NCBI GenBank assembly: GCA_003056285.1
Contig: NDWU01000005.1
Coordinates: 4,873-68,872, forward strand
Length of the DNA: 64,000 nucleotides
Direction of reading: 5' to 3'
DNA from: Candidatus Terraquivivens tikiterensis
GTDB taxonomy: Archaea; Thermoproteota; Nitrososphaeria_A; Caldarchaeales; Wolframiiraptoraceae
The notes under the pieces are model-generated. The model had not been told where the DNA came from. It worked only from the letters and a program-made list of their open reading frames with translations, and ran no database searches. Shown here one piece after another: positions 38,821 to 47,987 of this stretch; position 1 is the first letter of the stretch; each line of letters opens with the position of its first letter. The translations under genes were made by a program, and so were the position numbers.

Positions 38821-39122
38821 ATACTCGGCGGGAAAGCACAGCCCCTTTTAGAGGTTGGGATGGGTCGCCGATAGGAGTTAAATGTGGTTTTGGCGATAAA
38901 AGTTTCAAGCGAACTCGCCCGGATGCGGCCTGGATGCCCGAATAAGGCTCCAGGCCGAAAGGGGAAGGCTCGGCAACCCATAATCCCAAGCCCCACAATG
39001 GGATAACTGTGTGGTGGCACACCTTTGCTCCTAGGGTGGAATGGTATGAGGTGGGAGGGTAAAAGTTCGATGAAAGCCTTGGAAGCAGGAATCTCCTGGC
39101 TTCGGCCGTGGAGGGTGTCAAC
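38821..39122 (+). repeat. Copy A of the TnpB-tail-containing non-coding repeat family
   Basis: The right part (GTGGTGGCACACC..GGAATGGTATGAGGTGGGAGGGTAAAAG..GGAAGCAGGAATC..GGCTTCGGCC..GGGTGTCAAC) matches the coding 3' tail of the TnpB fragment at 55270-55400. The full length aligns in reverse complement with copy B. Confidence 0.65.
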
Positions 39123-39158
39123 TAGCGTGCATACCCAAGTTAGGGATAGGGTGAAAAA

Positions 39159-39362
39159 TTGAGAATATCGGGGGCATACATCCACTACGACGAGGAGGGT
39201 GACATGCTGTACGTCCACTTCGAAGACCGAGAAGCCGTCGAAGGGGTAGAAATAGCAGAAGGGATCATAGTAGACCTCGATAGGGATGGAGAGCCTGCTG
39301 GACTAACTATAACATCTTTCAAAACAAGGTTATCAGAAGCGAAGCAAAAACAAGGTTGTTGA
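39159..39362 (+). CDS. DUF2283-family small protein
   Basis: IHYDEEGDMLYVHFEDRE..VDLDRDGEPAGLTITSF matches the DUF2283 (YuzE-like) pattern. TTG start. Confidence 0.55.
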   Translation: MRISGAYIHYDEEGDMLYVHFEDREAVEGVEIAEGIIVDLDRDGEPAGLTITSFKTRLSEAKQKQGC

Positions 39363-39945
39363 TCGAAATGACATTTTAAATGATATTATCGCTTTAAGAC
39401 GGGTGTAAAGAAATTTTATTTAGCTTTCCACCTTCATGTCTAAGGTGATTTCCCTTCACCCATGAGACCTGCGTTTCTCCAAGATAAATATCTATGAGGT
39501 GATAAGCAGGAATTAAATGTATAATTGTTATCTTGCTCTTTTTGATTTAATACCTGTTACTATAATTGTGGTGCTGGTCTTGTCGCTAACTAGGTGGTTG
39601 ACAAGCAAGTCAGAAAAGAATCTCATCTGCCCCAAATGCGGGTAGAAACCTCAGCCAGTTTCCTGAAGATAGATCGGTGAATATGAGGAGAACCCCAAAC
39701 ACTAACAAGGATCTTATCCTCTCTTTGCTTATTCACATCGTGATTTATAACGAAAAGGATTACAAACCCCTTGCATTCCTTGTTAGGGCAGGAGAAAAGC
39801 GATAGGTCACGACCCACCATCGAGGTGCTAAAAATAAACCCTATATGTCAGAGGATTTTAACCATTGAGTAAAGTAGGACATAACCTAAAACTTTTCCAA
39901 TAGTTAATTTCCTAAATATCTGAAGTACCTTTATCTATGACTCGT

Positions 39946-40340
39946 TTATAGTTGGCCTGGTTCTAATCGCACTATGTATTTAACAGAGTCAAAGTGTTTG
40001 TCATAAGAGATTATTTTATCTATGTTGAATCTTTTCATGACCCAATATGCTATTGCATCATCTAGGTCTAAATTAAGCTTATCCATACGCTTTGTAGCAG
40101 ATATTCGGTCGAGAAGTGTTAGAAGATATACCTCTAACCCCCTTATAGCCGAGTAAAGATGATAAAAATATTCTAAGATTCTCTGGGCTACTACCGTAAT
40201 TCTCCATGATAATCAATATGCTATCGATGTGAAAGCATGAGGTCACTGCCCTTAATAACCCATCCTAACTTTGTTTAGGAATGCCTCGCACCCGTCTGCA
40301 CGCTCTTGGTCAAGCTCTAAAAATACAATTGGAATCTATA
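39946..40340 (-). pseudogene. PIN-domain toxin remnant (frameshifted)
   Basis: Own translation gives IVFLELDQERADGCEAFLNKV.., then frame changes, then ..LDLDDAIAYWVMKRFNIDKIISYDKHFDSVKYIVRLEPGQL. Confidence 0.45.
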
Positions 40341-40352
40341 AAGCACGTATAG

Positions 40353-40562
40353 TTAATACTTGATTTTCCCTGTTCTAATTTGTTGAACTTCATGCTGAAG
40401 TTCAACTCCGCTCTTTTTCACATGCTTTAACATCCCTCTTATGGCCTTAACAGGGTCTTCAGGAATCCTAATTTCCTTCAATACTTTTTCACGTTCCATA
40501 ACCCATCTCTTAATAGCATCCTCAACGACTGGCTTATACCTTGAAAATAGCATCCGAGGCAA
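40353..40562 (-). CDS. Possible antitoxin partner of the degraded PIN gene
   Basis: 69-aa ORF immediately upstream of the PIN remnant on the same strand. No motif recognised. Confidence 0.3.
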   Translation of the reverse strand: MPRMLFSRYKPVVEDAIKRWVMEREKVLKEIRIPEDPVKAIRGMLKHVKKSGVELQHEVQQIRTGKIKY

Positions 40563-41191
40563 AAATCGACGCTGTAAGCTTTGACGGAGCGGGTGGCGGC
40601 ACGGGTATGAGCCCGGTTCCGATGATGGACGAAATGGGGATCCCGACGGTTTACCTAGAAGCCATAGTTCTTAGATGTGCCCAAATATTGAGGAGGAAAG
40701 GCCGGCATGTGCCAGACATAATCATGGCAGGGGGTTTCATAAACGAAACTCAGATCTTTAAGGCTATAGCCATGAGCAACTTCGGGGATGGCCCATTCGT
40801 TAAAGGCGTTTTGATGGGCCGTGCCCCGCTCACTGCCGTGATGAAGGCAAGCTACTATAAACAGTTGGCTGAGGAGGGAAGGCTTCCGAGGGCATTCGCC
40901 GAGAGGTTTGGCACGACTCCAGAGAAGTTCTTTATAACCGTCCCAGAGCTAAAGGCGAAGTATAAAGAGCGCTTTAAGGAAATACCATGGGAAGCCGTGG
41001 CACTCTACACGTACTTAACAGACCGCATAGGCGTTGGGCTAAAGCAGCTACTGGCTGGTGCTAGGAAATGGCGGCTAGACCTAATCGATAGGAACGACCT
41101 AGTGAGCCTTTCAGAGCTTGCTGCCAGAGTAACCGGCATACCGTTAGCCCACGAAGTTGAGGCAGAAGTTATCGAAAGGATTTTAGACTAA
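40541..41191 (+). pseudogene. Glutamate-synthase-related FMN-domain protein, C-terminal fragment
   Basis: Begins inside the barrel at ..IDAVSFDGAGGGTGMSPVPMMDEMGIP. The N-terminal ~250 aa expected for this family are absent. Confidence 0.6.
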
Positions 41192-41299
41192 CCGTTGTGG
41201 AATTTATAGACCTTCATTCCTTCTCCTGCCGGCTAAGCCTTCGGGCCTTGGTCATCCGGACTACATCCAAGTCGGAAATAGCTAAGTTACCCACTCTAT

Positions 41300-41556
41300 G
41301 AAGTTGACGCTCTCCACGGCTGAGGCTGGGAGATTCTCGGTTCTTCAGGGCTTAGCCCCTCATCATACCGGGTTCTGGGCTGTGCCAAACCAGCACCTGG
41401 ATAGAGCGTATAGCTCTACCCCCCGCTTGCCCGAACCACCCCTCCTTTTCGGCCCAGAGCCTTATTCGGGCCTTTGGACATCTAGGCCGCATGCTCAAAA
41501 CTTTCATCGCAAAGCCGTATTTAACACTTATAGTTAGGGGATTTCTCGCCGAGGTG
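41300..41556 (-). repeat. Copy B of the TnpB-tail-containing repeat family
   Basis: The plus strand aligns end to end with the reverse complement of copy A (AGTTGAC.C.CTCCACGGC.GA.GC..GGAGATTC ... GAGCCTTATTCGGGC ... AGGCCGCAT ... TTTC.CGCCGAG). Confidence 0.65.
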
Positions 41557-41788
41557 TTTGTAAGGATGGGTAGGGCTTACGATAAATCATCAACACGCTA
41601 AGTCCGCATGGGTGGTTATCCTACGGAATTTTGTAGGGTCAACTTTACGGAAATGGAAGTCGATACATAAGCTCTTATTTGGCCGTGATAAAGCTCGGGT
41701 AGGATTCGAGCTTGCGACCGCCAGCTAATAATTATGGTTTTGGTTAGCGTAAAAGGTAAATAATGTCTTTTTTTTGTTTCTACTTGGC

Positions 41789-41862
41789 GCCCCGGTAGCT
41801 CAGTTGGGTGGAGCGGCCGCTTGGTAAGCGGCAGGTCCCGAGTTCAAATCTCGGCCGGGGCT
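41789..41862 (+). tRNA. tRNA-Thr (anticodon GGU), no intron
   Basis: Hand-folded cloverleaf. Acceptor GCCCCGG/CCGGGGC, D stem GCTC/GAGC, anticodon stem GCCGC/GCGGC with loop TTGGTAA, T arm CCGAG-TTCAAAT-CTCGG. Confidence 0.9.
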
Positions 41863-41907
41863 ATTGCATTTCCCTTTAACTTTTCTAAATAAAGGAGGGT
41901 TATGTTT

Positions 41908-42132
41908 TTACTGGACTCTTTCTAGGGTTTCCTGTTTCCGCTTTATGGCGAATCTGATAACCTTCCTGAACTTGTTCTCCTTCTGCTCGTAAACCTTGGC
42001 TGATATTCCTAAGGCTTTCAGCAGAGACCTTGCATACTCTATAAGCCGGAGATCACTGTTAGCAATAGATACGCTTCCCAGATTCCCCTCGTACTTATCT
42101 GCGCTTTCCTCTACATCGGCCAACCCTCTCAA
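41908..42132 (-). pseudogene. LAGLIDADG-type homing endonuclease fragment
   Basis: RGLADVEESA..GSVSIANSDLRLIEYARSLLKALGISAKVY resembles one LAGLIDADG motif plus the following beta-sheet and helix. Only 74 aa. Confidence 0.4.
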
Positions 42133-42168
42133 GAACGCGGCAAGCTCTATCCTGATTTTTTAACCTGA

Positions 42169-42522
42169 TCAAATTTTAACTAGTTCATCTTCGGATAGGA
42201 ATCTTTTATACCATCTCTCATAGGTCGATCTGTCTACTATGTGGAACTCGAAGGGATAATCTATGTATTTACGCTTTAGAGTGGACTTTACCATGGTGAT
42301 CTTCTCTGAATCATTCACGTCCGATACGACTAGTAGGTCTACATCGCTTAACGCAGTGTATCTTTCCTTTGCGGTTGATCCGAATAGATAAACTTCTGAG
42401 CCCGGTAATAGCAGATTTATCTCATACTTAACATCCTGTAGGATTTTTCTTAGATTTCTGAATAGATAGCTTAGGCGTTTTCCTTCTTCTATGTAGATGT
42501 CGAAACTAGATTCTCTCGACAA
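42169..42522 (-). CDS. Minimal nucleotidyltransferase (MNT) of a HEPN-MNT module
   Basis: LFGSTAKERYTALSDVDLLVV (GSx10-20DxD) motif. 117 aa. Overlaps the HEPN gene by 17 nt. Confidence 0.8.
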   Translation of the reverse strand: MSRESSFDIYIEEGKRLSYLFRNLRKILQDVKYEINLLLPGSEVYLFGSTAKERYTALSDVDLLVVSDVNDSEKITMVKSTLKRKYIDYPFEFHIVDRSTYERWYKRFLSEDELVKI

Positions 42523-42943
42523 GCGGTCTCATCACCTCAATTACAAATTTGTACATAGCTTCTACCTCTATCTTGTTATATCTTCTCGGAAGATACCTTG
42601 ATCCAATATATGCATCTTCAATCCTTGTTAACATCAAAAAGTATTCTTCTTTGTTGATTAAGATGTCCATGCTTGAAGCTAATCTTGAGAGCTCATTCAC
42701 TAGCTTTGTCAACGAGTGTGTTCTCGGATAAGTCCCTGTTCTAACTAAGAGCTTATGCTTTAGTATCAGTTGACAGTATTGCTCTATGTTAAACGCTGCA
42801 AGATCATAGATGCCTCTCTCTATGAGTTGTCTCGCATTCTCTAAGAACAATTCAGCTCTTTCCTTGAGAAGTTCTGCCTCTTCGAAACTCAATATACCCC
42901 TCAGGAATGGCTCTCGAAGGTAGATATATATTCTACGTATCAC
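42506..42943 (-). CDS. HEPN-domain protein of a HEPN-MNT module
   Basis: 145-aa all-helical protein with a ..GTYPRTHSLTKL.. segment typical of archaeal HEPN partners of MNT. Confidence 0.7.
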   Translation of the reverse strand: MIRRIYIYLREPFLRGILSFEEAELLKERAELFLENARQLIERGIYDLAAFNIEQYCQLILKHKLLVRTGTYPRTHSLTKLVNELSRLASSMDILINKEEYFLMLTRIEDAYIGSRYLPRRYNKIEVEAMYKFVIEVMRPLVERI

Positions 42944-43123
42944 AATCTAGCCTCCAAATGCATTCACAATATTTCTGCTACTTCTGTTAAGATTCCAGCA
43001 TTCATCCAACATGATAAATCAGCTGAGCTCTCATTTCTGAATTCCAAAGTTCTTGCCGATAATAGCAGTTTAACTATACTGTACTTCTTCTAAGGCGTTT
43101 CTTTTTCCAATAATTTTTACCAT

Positions 43124-43172
43124 GAAGCTCGGCAAGAAAGCCTATGGTTTTAACCATGGGATGGATTCACCG
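43124..43172 (+). repeat. Short TnpB-tail-like remnant
   Basis: GAAGCTCGGCAAGAAAGCC....CCATGGGATGGATTCACC. The TGGGATG(A/G)AT block recurs at 53345-53356 and, in reverse complement, at 54885-54896. Confidence 0.3.
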
Positions 43173-43366
43173 TTAAGATTTAAGTATGGATATTTTGATG
43201 ATGAAGTTTTTAAGCGAGTCGGTTACGAAAGGTAAGGGAACCATTAAAGCTAAGATTCTTAAGCTTAGGAAGGGCAAAGAGTATCTTCTAAAACAAGAAT
43301 AAGGAGGATCTACCGGAACCGGTAAGAAAAAATCCTTATACAGGCGGTGGTGGTTAAAGGGGAATA

Positions 43367-43493
43367 GGGGGCGTGGCCCAGAGGAGCAAGTCTTCCGGGG
43401 AGCAAGGTCTACGGCGCCGGGCTCCAGATCTGCATGAAGCTGTTAGACGGCGCAGAAACCCGGAGACCGCCGGTTCGAATCCGGCCGCCCCCA
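43367..43493 (+). tRNA. tRNA-Trp (anticodon CCA) with a 30-nt anticodon-loop intron and a probable second intron in the D loop
   Basis: Hand-folded. Acceptor GGGGGCG/CGCCCCC, anticodon stem CCGGG/CCCGG with loop CTCCAG-[43428-43457]-A. Variable AGACC, T arm GCCGG-TTCGAAT-CCGGC. The D region is about 20-25 nt too long (extra sequence about 43381-43406). Confidence 0.75.
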
Positions 43494-43573
43494 TTTTGCT
43501 TGGATTTTAAAATTAACCTTTAAATAGAGGTATCTTACAACTAACTAAAAATAAAAAATTAAGGTGCGTAAAA

Positions 43574-44881
43574 TTGACAAAAATTGGGCTAAATTGCCGT
43601 CTAACAGACAATCTAGGCCAACGAACCAAAAGAAAGAACAATTCTTCGATAACATTCAGATCAGGTTATATACAAATCCGAAATACAACTAATAATTTTT
43701 GGAATGTTTCTAGAATCGAACATATACGCCATCTCGCTCAGACAGGACGGGCTGTCAAACCGTTAGAAACCCCCTTAACCCATGAGAGGTTACTCGATAG
43801 GTTAAGCTTTACCTCATTTAATATGCCGCTGGAAGATTGCGACGCAGACGTGGACCTAGCGGTCAGCCTCGCTTATGGTAGTATAAAGCTTGCGGCACCG
43901 ATCTATTTTGGTGACATGTCGTTCGGTGCACTAAGCGGCATACCAAACATAGCTTTGGCAAAGGCTGCGGACCTGACCGAAACTTTGGCCGGGACGGGAG
44001 AAGGAGGTTTGCATCCCGAAGTGAGGAAATGTAAGAGGATAACGGTTCAATGGGCATCCGCAAGGTTTGGCGTTGATCTCTCAACGCTATCGGCAGGGAT
44101 GGCGGTTGTCATAAAGATTGGCCAGGGAGCTAAGCCCGGTATAGGAGGTCATCTGCCAAGCACAAAGGTAACCGATATCATTTCTGCGACGAGAAAGATT
44201 CCGGTTGGCACGCACGCCCTCTCTCCAGCCCCGCACCACGATATATACTCAATAGAGGACTTGGAGCAGCGCATATGGGCATTAAAAGAAGCGACTGGTA
44301 AACCAGTGTTTGTTAAGGTTGGTGCGACGAATTATGTAGCATACGTAGCATGCGGCATAGCAAGGATGGGTGCGGATGGTATGATACTTGATGGCTTCGG
44401 TGCTGGCACAGGTGCCTCACCTTTAGTGGTTAAAGATAACGTTGGGTTACCGATAGAAGTCGCTTTGCCCGTTGTCGATGAGGCGCTGAGGAGGGAGTGC
44501 CTCAGAGATGGCTTCTCGGTAATTGCTGGAGGGAGGGTGAGCTGCTCGGCCGATGCTGCCAAGCTGATACTGCTAGGAGCAGATGCCGTAGTCTTAGGTA
44601 CGGCGGCGCTCATAGCGATGGGATGTATAGCTTGCGGAATGTGCCACACTGGAAAATGTCCTGCGTTGCTGACGAACGCAGCAGCATATACTACGCATGA
44701 GACTCTGTCCCTAGATTGGGCAACTTCTAGGCTTGTAAATTTTGTCAAAGGCTTCTCAGAAGGGTTAAAAATTCTCGTGAGCGGCCTTGGGTTTAAGTCA
44801 GTAAAAGACATCGTTGGCAGGAAGGACTTGCTTAAATTTAATGAGGCTTTAACGTATTCAAAGAAGGGGGTGGGATACTAA
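43574..44881 (+). CDS. gltB: Archaeal glutamate synthase, FMN/Fe-S (GltB domain 2) subunit
   Basis: Motifs GQGAKPGIGGHLP, DGFGAGTGASP, GADAVVLGTAALIAMGC and CGMCHTGKCP. TTG start, so the N-terminus is uncertain. Confidence 0.85.
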   Translation: MTKIGLNCRLTDNLGQRTKRKNNSSITFRSGYIQIRNTTNNFWNVSRIEHIRHLAQTGRAVKPLETPLTHERLLDRLSFTSFNMPLEDCDADVDLAVSLAYGSIKLAAPIYFGDMSFGALSGIPNIALAKAADLTETLAGTGEGGLHPEVRKCKRITVQWASARFGVDLSTLSAGMAVVIKIGQGAKPGIGGHLPSTKVTDIISATRKIPVGTHALSPAPHHDIYSIEDLEQRIWALKEATGKPVFVKVGATNYVAYVACGIARMGADGMILDGFGAGTGASPLVVKDNVGLPIEVALPVVDEALRRECLRDGFSVIAGGRVSCSADAAKLILLGADAVVLGTAALIAMGCIACGMCHTGKCPALLTNAAAYTTHETLSLDWATSRLVNFVKGFSEGLKILVSGLGFKSVKDIVGRKDLLKFNEALTYSKKGVGY

Positions 44882-44913
44882 GCATATGGACCTCAGCTAG
44901 GATTAAGCATCTA

Positions 44914-45858
44914 ATGGAACTAGCCAGGTCCTCTGACGCCCTCGTTACTGGTATGGGTTCAGGAAAATTATTTGGGAACGCTTCTGGTGTAACGATTCTT
45001 GATAGGATTGTGTGTGATGGCGCTCAGGTTACGAGACCGAGCATAGACCCTTACAGGGAACCGATAGAGACCGGCGTGTGTATTGGAGGAAGGTTAAGAC
45101 TCTCAGCACCTTTTGCTGTATCTGAGCTATGGAAGATGAAAACTGTGATTAAAAGGGCTGCTGTGGTTGCGGCCTTCAGCATGAACATCGTAGCTTATTT
45201 GGGTAAAGATGAGGTAACAGATGCTGAAAGACCATTCTTACCTAACCTCCTACTTGACTATGGACAACAATTCTCGGAACATGCCGCTGGCATCGTTGTA
45301 AATAGCAAGGAGAGAAATAGTGTAAGGGTTGATACGGACAGCAAAACTCAAGGTCCGCTGTTTCTTATCCGCATGCCTTCAGTAGATGACCCAACGGCAT
45401 ACGTCTCTTCTGCCCTCATGGGATTTGATGCAATAATCATAGATGAAGATTATGATGGTCTAACAGACATCGAGATCGCAGTGTCCGAGGCTGATACAGC
45501 GTTGAGGAAATACAAGCTGAACGGGAGGCCCCTTAGGGACCGCGTTAGCATAATGGCCTTCAGTAGTAGGATAAGGGGGGCGGATGATGTGTTTAAGCTT
45601 ATGGGTTTAGGGGCCGACTGTGTAGGCCTCTCCCAAGCGGCCACGATTGCCCTCGGAAACGTATCGGACTTGAATGAAGCTGTGTTCTGCTTTGAGAACT
45701 TGATACTCTCATTACAAAGAGAGCTGAAGCTTTTAGCAGGGGCCGCAGGTGTCAGCAATATATTCACAACAGTTGTTGGTAATAGGGAGCTTTTCAGATG
45801 TATCGGTCTTGAGAAGAGAATTATGCAAAAGCTGAGAATAAAACCTGGAGGTGCTTAA
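44914..45858 (+). CDS. Divergent GltB-FMN-domain-like paralog
   Basis: The start resembles the FMN domain (ILDRIVCDGAQVTRPSIDPYREPIETGVCIGGRLRLSAPFAVSE) and the end does too (LMGLGADCVGLSQAATIALG). The GGTG and KPG motifs were not found by eye. Confidence 0.5.
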   Translation: MELARSSDALVTGMGSGKLFGNASGVTILDRIVCDGAQVTRPSIDPYREPIETGVCIGGRLRLSAPFAVSELWKMKTVIKRAAVVAAFSMNIVAYLGKDEVTDAERPFLPNLLLDYGQQFSEHAAGIVVNSKERNSVRVDTDSKTQGPLFLIRMPSVDDPTAYVSSALMGFDAIIIDEDYDGLTDIEIAVSEADTALRKYKLNGRPLRDRVSIMAFSSRIRGADDVFKLMGLGADCVGLSQAATIALGNVSDLNEAVFCFENLILSLQRELKLLAGAAGVSNIFTTVVGNRELFRCIGLEKRIMQKLRIKPGGA

Positions 45859-45862
45859 AATC

Positions 45863-47869
45863 ATGGAATATCCGTTTATTGAAAAATCTGGATGTGGAAT
45901 ACTGGGAATTTTAAGGAAGCACGGTTGTCCTAAAGTAAAATTTGAGTTAGCTCTAAGGTCCATAGAGGCTGTAAGATATAGGGGAAGTAAGTTAGGCGCC
46001 GGCTTTGCGAAGATCTTTATAGATATTGGAACTTCTAAAAGGAGAGTAAAAGTTTTCGTGAAGAGCGCGGACTTTATTGTCGACATAATCCGCACGTTCA
46101 AGGCGCACGGATTAGAAATTATGGATGCAGGCTTTGAAATAGCCCCCTCTGGCGATGATTACGGCTCATGGGTAGGCCTCTCTGATAACGATGAGGCAAA
46201 AGTTTTCAACGTAATCCAAAACATTAACAGCGTAATTGGGCATCATGATTATAAAGTAAGAGTCTACTCATGGGGGAGATACGTAGACGTATTCAAGGGT
46301 GTTGGCTACCCAACAGACGTTGCAGAAACCTTCGGATTAATAGAAAAGAACCCGGAAGCTGACCTCTGGCTAGCGCATACGCGTCAGCCAACGAATTCAC
46401 CGGGCAGATACCCAATATGGTCCCACCCATTCTCGGCAGGCGAGTGGGCAATAGTACACAACGGTGACATCAGTTCCTTTGGTGCAAACGTCATGTTTCT
46501 GAGCGGAAGGGGTTACAGAAGCTTTGTCGGAACAGATAGCGAGGTCATAGCTTTTCTTCTAGATTATCTTACCAGGGTTGAGAAACTTTCCATAGAAGAG
46601 GCCGCTACGCTTTTGTGCAATCCTTTCTCGTTATCTTGGAGGTTGCAGAAAGAGAGGTTTGAGTTGAGGGGAGCATGCTTGGACGGGCCGTTCTCCGTAG
46701 TTGCCGGATACTCGGACGGCGACGATGTGTACCTGCTGGCAATGACAGATAGGTCCAAGCTAAGACCGCTTGTAGTAGGCGAGGATGAGGAGATGCTGTA
46801 CGCTGCAAGCGAAGAAGCACAGATAAGGGCTTTGTCAGAAAGGGCGAGGGTTTGGTCAGTAGAACCGGGCTCTTATTTCCTCGCAAGCATGAAGAAAGGG
46901 GTCATCGTGAGCGGTAGAAGATCCACGAAAACGTGCCCAAGTTTACATATACCGCTCGCAACCGGTTACGTGATAGATGCAAAGTCCTTAGGGCACAGAG
47001 AGCTGTACAAGAGGGTAAGAGATGCCATCATGGCTGGCAAAAGAGACTTACTCTTGAAAAATGTACTAGGACATAGATACATCGGCATGGCCCTTCATGA
47101 AGGGGTGAGGTTGAGGGTTTATGGAACTGCTGGAAACTGTCTGGCTAACCTTAATGAAGGTGCACGGATAGAAGTTTATGGAAATGCGCAGGATGATGTT
47201 GGAGATACTATGCAGAAAGGCTCTGTTATAATACATGGCGATGCCAGAGATGTAGTCGGACAAGCATTGCAGGGAGGTGAGATATTCATAAAAGGGAACG
47301 TAGGTAACAGGTGTGCCATACAGATGAGGGAATACCTAGATAGAAAGCCCTACATAATTGTCGGAGGTACTGCCGATAACTATCTCGGCGAGTATATGGC
47401 AGGCGGTGTTGTAGTGATCTTGGGGCTTTGGGACAAAGACTCCTCCCCTGTCGGTGACTTTGTCGCGTCAGGTATGGTTGGCGGCAGAATATATATACGC
47501 GGTAGAGTAAGCAGAAATAAGATAGGCGTTCATCCCCCTAGGCAGGATGTGCTCCAGTATCTCAAATCGTTAGTTTACAGGGGGCTCCTAGATTTGAAGG
47601 TCTACGAGGAACTCAGCAAAGAGGAAGAATTAACGTTAGAGCTTCTTGAAGAAAGGCTTAACGAAAGCAGCTTCGTTGCAGTGAAGAGGCTTTTTCATGG
47701 AAAACATGTATTGCCCTTAAATGTTGAGTACAGGAAGCTGAACGATGAGGATATCATGCTGATTGGCCACAAGCTTTCGGCGTTCTTCACCGAATTCATG
47801 ATAGGTAGGGATTTGTTGGAAGAGGTCTATGCCTCAAACTTTACGATAATATGCCCCTCTTCAAAGTAG
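45863..47869 (+). CDS. Glutamate synthase glutamine-amidotransferase (class II) domain fused to the GXGXG (GltB domain 3) domain
   Basis: N-terminal ..SGCGILGIL Ntn-type Cys region and HNGDISSF. C-terminal beta-helix repeats (YGTAGNCLANLNEGARIEVYGNAQDDVGDTMQKGSVIIHGDARDVVGQALQGGEIFIKGNVGNR..). Confidence 0.85.
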   Translation: MEYPFIEKSGCGILGILRKHGCPKVKFELALRSIEAVRYRGSKLGAGFAKIFIDIGTSKRRVKVFVKSADFIVDIIRTFKAHGLEIMDAGFEIAPSGDDYGSWVGLSDNDEAKVFNVIQNINSVIGHHDYKVRVYSWGRYVDVFKGVGYPTDVAETFGLIEKNPEADLWLAHTRQPTNSPGRYPIWSHPFSAGEWAIVHNGDISSFGANVMFLSGRGYRSFVGTDSEVIAFLLDYLTRVEKLSIEEAATLLCNPFSLSWRLQKERFELRGACLDGPFSVVAGYSDGDDVYLLAMTDRSKLRPLVVGEDEEMLYAASEEAQIRALSERARVWSVEPGSYFLASMKKGVIVSGRRSTKTCPSLHIPLATGYVIDAKSLGHRELYKRVRDAIMAGKRDLLLKNVLGHRYIGMALHEGVRLRVYGTAGNCLANLNEGARIEVYGNAQDDVGDTMQKGSVIIHGDARDVVGQALQGGEIFIKGNVGNRCAIQMREYLDRKPYIIVGGTADNYLGEYMAGGVVVILGLWDKDSSPVGDFVASGMVGGRIYIRGRVSRNKIGVHPPRQDVLQYLKSLVYRGLLDLKVYEELSKEEELTLELLEERLNESSFVAVKRLFHGKHVLPLNVEYRKLNDEDIMLIGHKLSAFFTEFMIGRDLLEEVYASNFTIICPSSK

Positions 47870-47930
47870 ACGCGCAACTAAACAAATGTTTAATTATTTT
47901 ATAAAATCTATACAAATATTTGAAAAAAAA

Positions 47931-47941
47931 GTTTAAATATT
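47931..47941 (+). promoter_or_regulatory. TATA-box-like element upstream of glnA
   Basis: GTTTAAATATT within a very AT-rich 118-nt intergenic region, about 50 nt upstream of the ATG at 47988. Assigned by position only. Confidence 0.3.
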
Positions 47942-47987
47942 ATTTTTCTTTCAGAAAAAAGACGTTAAAATGGACAAGTGAAAAGCA

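Noticed and set aside
38930-38975. SRP-RNA-like motif (CCAGGCCGAAAGGGGAAGGCTCGGCAAC resembles the conserved SRP helix-8 region)
   Set aside because: The same sequence occurs in several repeat copies in both orientations. The rest of an SRP RNA (5' domain, helix 6, Alu domain) is not apparent. A single-copy essential RNA is not expected to be multi-copy.
38793-39218. ORFs of 60-140 aa inside repeat copies (38793-39218, 38816-39121, 41298-41537, 61642-61872, 3453-3767, 16031-16288)
   Set aside because: The copies differ by indels that break every frame. The predicted peptides are Pro/Ser/Gly/His-rich, and conservation is at the nucleotide level. They were treated as non-coding repeats.
43428-43457. 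C/D-box guide RNA inside the tRNA-Trp intron, as in euryarchaea
   Set aside because: The 30-nt intron contains neither an RUGAUGA C box nor a CUGA D box and is too short.
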